The notes under the pieces were generated by a model. That model saw only the letters and a list, made by a program, of their open reading frames with translations, searched no databases and was not told where the DNA came from. The translations under genes and the position numbers were made by a program. Below, piece after piece: positions 59,901 to 64,000 of a DNA stretch of 64,000 bases (its first letter is position 1; every line of letters begins with the position of its first letter). Source of the DNA: the human T2T-CHM13v2.0 reference genome, Homo sapiens; NCBI RefSeq assembly GCF_009914755.1, contig NC_060930.1; one strand, 5' to 3'.

Positions 59901-60686
59901 GCAAAGAGTCAGCAGAGCTCTGGGGGCCGTCACGTCGCATTCTTGGGGCTGTGAATGAAATGAGGGATGTGTATGGAAATGGGGTAGATCTACCATTTGC
60001 CTCTTCTCACCCAGCTCTCATCTTCTCAGACCCCTAAAAAGAATAAACAGACCCATCTCCAGGACCATCATCCTTGGGCACAGTATCATTTCAGCTGAAG
60101 GGTGAAGGGCCTTTCTGCTTAAAACATGTATTTCCAGTTACACAGCACTGCCTGGAATCAGTTTCACTCAGAGCAAAGCATTTCATTCCAAATTATTCTT
60201 TTACAGATAAAAAGCCCCAAATGCAAAAATCTGGCAGGATAGGCTTATTTGTGAGAATGTCAGTCAAGTATAACTGACTGCTTTTTGTATGCGACTGAGA
60301 GTCAGAAAGAAGGAAGGCAAATGGTTCCCAAGAGGGAAGGAATGCCAGTGGACCAGCCTCTGCCCCACATCCGGCCAAGGGGCTATGGTAAATAGAGGCT
60401 AGCTATTGTCAAAGAAGTACTAGAAGAGATTGAGGTCCCAGCTGAAAAAAATGATACCTTTGGAGCATCAGGAGCAAGGTTTGTCTCCTTGGCAACCCTC
60501 ATTTTGTAGAGATCAATTTTTGTAATTCGGCTTAAGCAACATCTAGCAATTGACTATGTAGTGATTTTTGTCATTGTTTAGACACAAAGGTCTACTTTCC
60601 TTTCCAGGGAACATAATCCTTACTAGCAGGATAAAATAAAAGAAAATCCACAAGAACAATAAAGAAAAGTTCTATTCACCAAGTTC

Positions 60687-60771
60687 ACTTATTTCTCTGG
60701 GTAAATGGCAGTTTAAAAAGTTAAGGAAACTTATTTCTCTGGGTAAATGGCAGTTAAAAAGTTAAGGAAAC
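60687..60771. repeat. 42-bp tandem duplication
   Basis: acttatttctctgggtaaatggcagtt(t)aaaaagttaaggaa twice, differing by one T. Confidence 0.95.
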
Positions 60772-60990
60772 CATGTAGTTTGGTGCGAGAATTTCAAGAT
60801 GGTTATGATTTTAAAAGGCTTGGATAGAGTTTATCCTAAATTAGTTTCATCTTATCAAGCTGGTTTTATCTTTTTCTTTTTTTGCCTTGGAACCATTGGA
60901 ACTTAATTTACCAAAAAAAAATTACGATTTTTTTTTTGCTTGGAGGTCAAGATACCATAAAAATGATTGACAATAGCCTTAAAAGTAGTT

Positions 60991-63900
60991 GAGAGTGATG
61001 TTAGCAAGATGGCCAATTAGAAGCCTCTCCCACTCATTCCCCTAACAAAGACAGCCAAAAACAACAAATAAACAACTACATTCTGATAAAAATAACTAAA
61101 GGAGAATGCCAGAGTACATCAAAGGAGTGGCAGAAACCCCGTGGAACACAGAAATCCAGGATGGCCACACAGAAAAAGAAAGGAAATGCCTTGCCTCCAC
61201 CATCCCATACCCCAGTCGGATCAGCAAGGAACCAGGAGGGATATCTCTTTGCAGGGAAAAGGGAAGCAAGAGGACCCCAGCAGCCCTCATCACCACCTTG
61301 AACACCTACAGTCCTCACCACTGAGGTTCTTTGCAGTCCTCATGGGCGTATTAAGCTTAGTTGAGAGAGCTGCCTGGAGTCCACACAGCTGCACTTCCCC
61401 TAGAGAAGAAGCCAACACTGTGCCCTCCTCCCTGTGGTCCATGCAGCTACTTCACTGTGCCATCTTGGAACCAGAGCCACTGTTTGAGTGTGTCCTGCTC
61501 CATGGATTTGCCACAGCACTCTTCCATCCCTGAGGTTTTGTCACCACTGAACCACCCCTGCCTGATAGCTTGCCATTCCTGAGCCAAGCTACCTTGGAGC
61601 CTCTCCATCTGCCCCTCCCAGTTGCTTCTGTGCCCCACCCTTGTGGCTTGAGCTGGAGTGGTGTACTGCTTCCCAGGGAAACAGCGCCTTGGCTGCCCTG
61701 AGCAGTGCGCCCCCTGGACCTGAGCTGAAGCAGCACCCTACCACCTGAGAAATCAGTGCCATAGCCACAGAGAGCAGTGGCTCATCCCAGAGCTGAGCTG
61801 ATATAGTACCTGCGTCCCAGAGAAACAGCATTGGCTGAACTGAGATATCTTTTCCTATAGGCTGAACAACCATAGTACCTTGATTTCCTAGAACTGGACT
61901 AGCCCCCTAGAATCTGAGCTACTAAGACACCTCCTACTCAGGGAAATGGAATCATTACTGTGCTGCTCCCTGCCCCCCAGGGCCCAAGCAACTCCAAACA
62001 CTCTACCATTCTGGCATCTTTGCTGCCACTGGATCTGGCTTCACAGGGTCTGGGATACTGCCTAGTCCTACTGTCCCAGGGTCCAGAGTCACCACTGCCT
62101 GATGCCTCATCCCCAGGGCCTGAGTTGCCACTGTGCCCTATTGGCTCTGGTTCCAAAATTGTAGCTGTACCCTGCCTCAGAGTCACAGGCCCCGGCTTTG
62201 TGGGCAGTCTGCACCTAACCATGACTCAAGAGAGAGAAACTGTACCTTAAGACCCAGGTGCCCTAATAGGTTCATGAGACCCTGAGCCCAGGGCCCTGGT
62301 GCAACAGTCACTTTGAGCATCTGTGCCCCAGAACCCAGGGCCACTGCAGCTGCTTGTAGGTTGTGTCAGACCTGACACCAAGAAAGATCCACTCAACTAA
62401 GAATCCCCGCTGTGAGGAAAACAAGAACAAGAGGCCACCCAAAGCACTTGTAACTGAAGACCTTAACAGCCTATGCTACTATCACTGCTTACTACAAACT
62501 CCTACAGCCTAAGCCACCAAGGCACCCACAGTTATCATTGATGTTGATTGCAGCTAAAGCAGCTGCATGGAGGCTATACCACTGCATCTACTTAAAAACA
62601 AAGTCACCATACCCTTCTCAGCTGGCACACTAAGACCCATGTTCTGGTGAAAGTCTTTTCCTGTGAAAAACACTTGGTAGAGTTTGGAAGAGGTGATTGC
62701 TCCACCAGATGTGCAGACATCAACCCAGGGACATAAGAACCATGAAAAAGCAAAGAATATGACATTACCAAAAGAACACAGTAATTCTCTAGTAACTGAC
62801 CCTCAGCAAAGGAAATTTACAAATTGCCTAAACAGGATTTCAAAATAATAATCTTAAGAAAATTTAGTGAGATACAAGAGAATACAGATAGACAATTCAA
62901 GACAATCAGAAAAAATCATGATCTGAATGAGAAATTCAACGAAGAGATAGATATTATTAAAAAAGAACCAAACAGAAATCTTGAAGCTGAAGAATTCAAT
63001 GAATAAAATAAAAAATACAATAGAGAACTTTGACAGCAGGCTAGATCAAGCAGAAGAAAAAAAAATCTCTAAACTTGAATATAGGTTTCTTGAAATTACC
63101 CTGTCAGAGAAAGAGAAAAAAAAGAATGAAAAAGAATGAGAACAGCCTAGAGGGCATATGGGCCATCACTAAGTGAACAAACATTTGCAGTATGTTTATT
63201 TCAGAAGGTGAAGAGGCAAAGATAGGAGTGGAAAGTTTATTTAATAAAAAAATTGCTGAAAAACCTCCAAGTTTTGGAAAACGTATTATCATTCAGATCC
63301 ATGAAGCTTAAAAATCTCTAAACAAATTATATCCAAGTAGGTTCTCTTCAAGACACAATATAATTAAACTGTCCAAATTAAATAACTATTAAAAGAGAAT
63401 TTTAAAAGCAGTGCTAGAAAAGCAAAAGGTCACATATTTAAAAAATCACCATTAGACTATCAACAGATTTCTCAGTAGAAACCTTGCAGGCCAGAAGAGA
63501 ATGGGATGATATATTCAAAGTGCTGAAAGAAAACAACTGGCAGCCAAGAACATGATACCCAGCAAAACTGTCCTTCAGAAAGGAAGAGAAATAAAGCCTT
63601 TCCCAGACAAGCAAAAGTTGAGAGAATTCATCAGCACTAGAAAAGAAATGCTCAAGGGAGCTCTTCAAGTGGAGATAAAAGACGGTAATTACTAACGTGA
63701 AAATGTATGAACACATATAATTCACCGTAAAAGTAAATATATCATCAAACCCAGAACATTACAATAATGTTATGGTGCTTGTAAATTATATATATCTCTG
63801 GTATGAAGGTTAAAAGAAGTCAAACAGTTGAAAATAATGGTAACTATAATAAGTTGTTAAGAAGTACATAATATAAAAAGATGTACATTGTGACATAAAA

Positions 63901-64000
63901 ATATAAATCATGTGTGTTGGAGGGGGGGAGGAGAATAAAAGCCTATTGTATGCAACTGAAGTTATGTTGTTATCAGTATAATATAGTCTATTATAACTAT
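60991..64000 (+). mobile_element. Old L1M 5' portion: 5'UTR, decayed ORF1 (~62740-63680) and inter-ORF region; continues past the window
   Basis: Start gagagtgatgttagcaagatggcc; ORF1 remnants IILRKFSEIQENTDRQF and gaaaccttgcaggccagaagagaatgggatgatatattcaaagtgctgaaag. Confidence 0.88.

Noticed and set aside
61076-62250. Cluster of GC-rich ORFs suggesting a gene or CpG promoter
   Set aside because: Lies in an old L1M 5'UTR and is CpG-depleted

Overview
This is primate (human-like) non-coding DNA dominated by interspersed repeats: L1PA/L1PB/L1M, AluJ/S/Y, MIR, L2, MaLR/ERVL/ERV1/HML LTRs and MER DNA transposons. I recognise no intact protein-coding gene, RNA gene or CRISPR array, and almost all listed ORFs are repeat-derived or low-complexity artefacts. 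Subfamily names come from recalled consensus sequences, and edges are approximate unless a TSD is quoted. The interesting signal is structural. (1) A ~0.8 kb inverted duplication (32.36-33.19 kb vs 46.73-47.63 kb) brackets ~13.5 kb, with patches of ~97% identity inside far more diverged flanks, suggesting gene conversion and a possible invertible segment. (2) An orphan, LTR-less gammaretroviral RT fragment has its catalytic half flipped (29.2-29.8 kb). (3) A 36/37-bp inverted repeat with nested hairpins (59.15-59.40 kb) lies next to a second short inverted copy of an L1 end. (4) A candidate TATA-driven minus-strand spliced non-coding transcript sits at 22-23 kb. (5) Two L1PB copies 49 kb apart share a frameshift. 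None of this demonstrates a new biological system; these are testable hypotheses.
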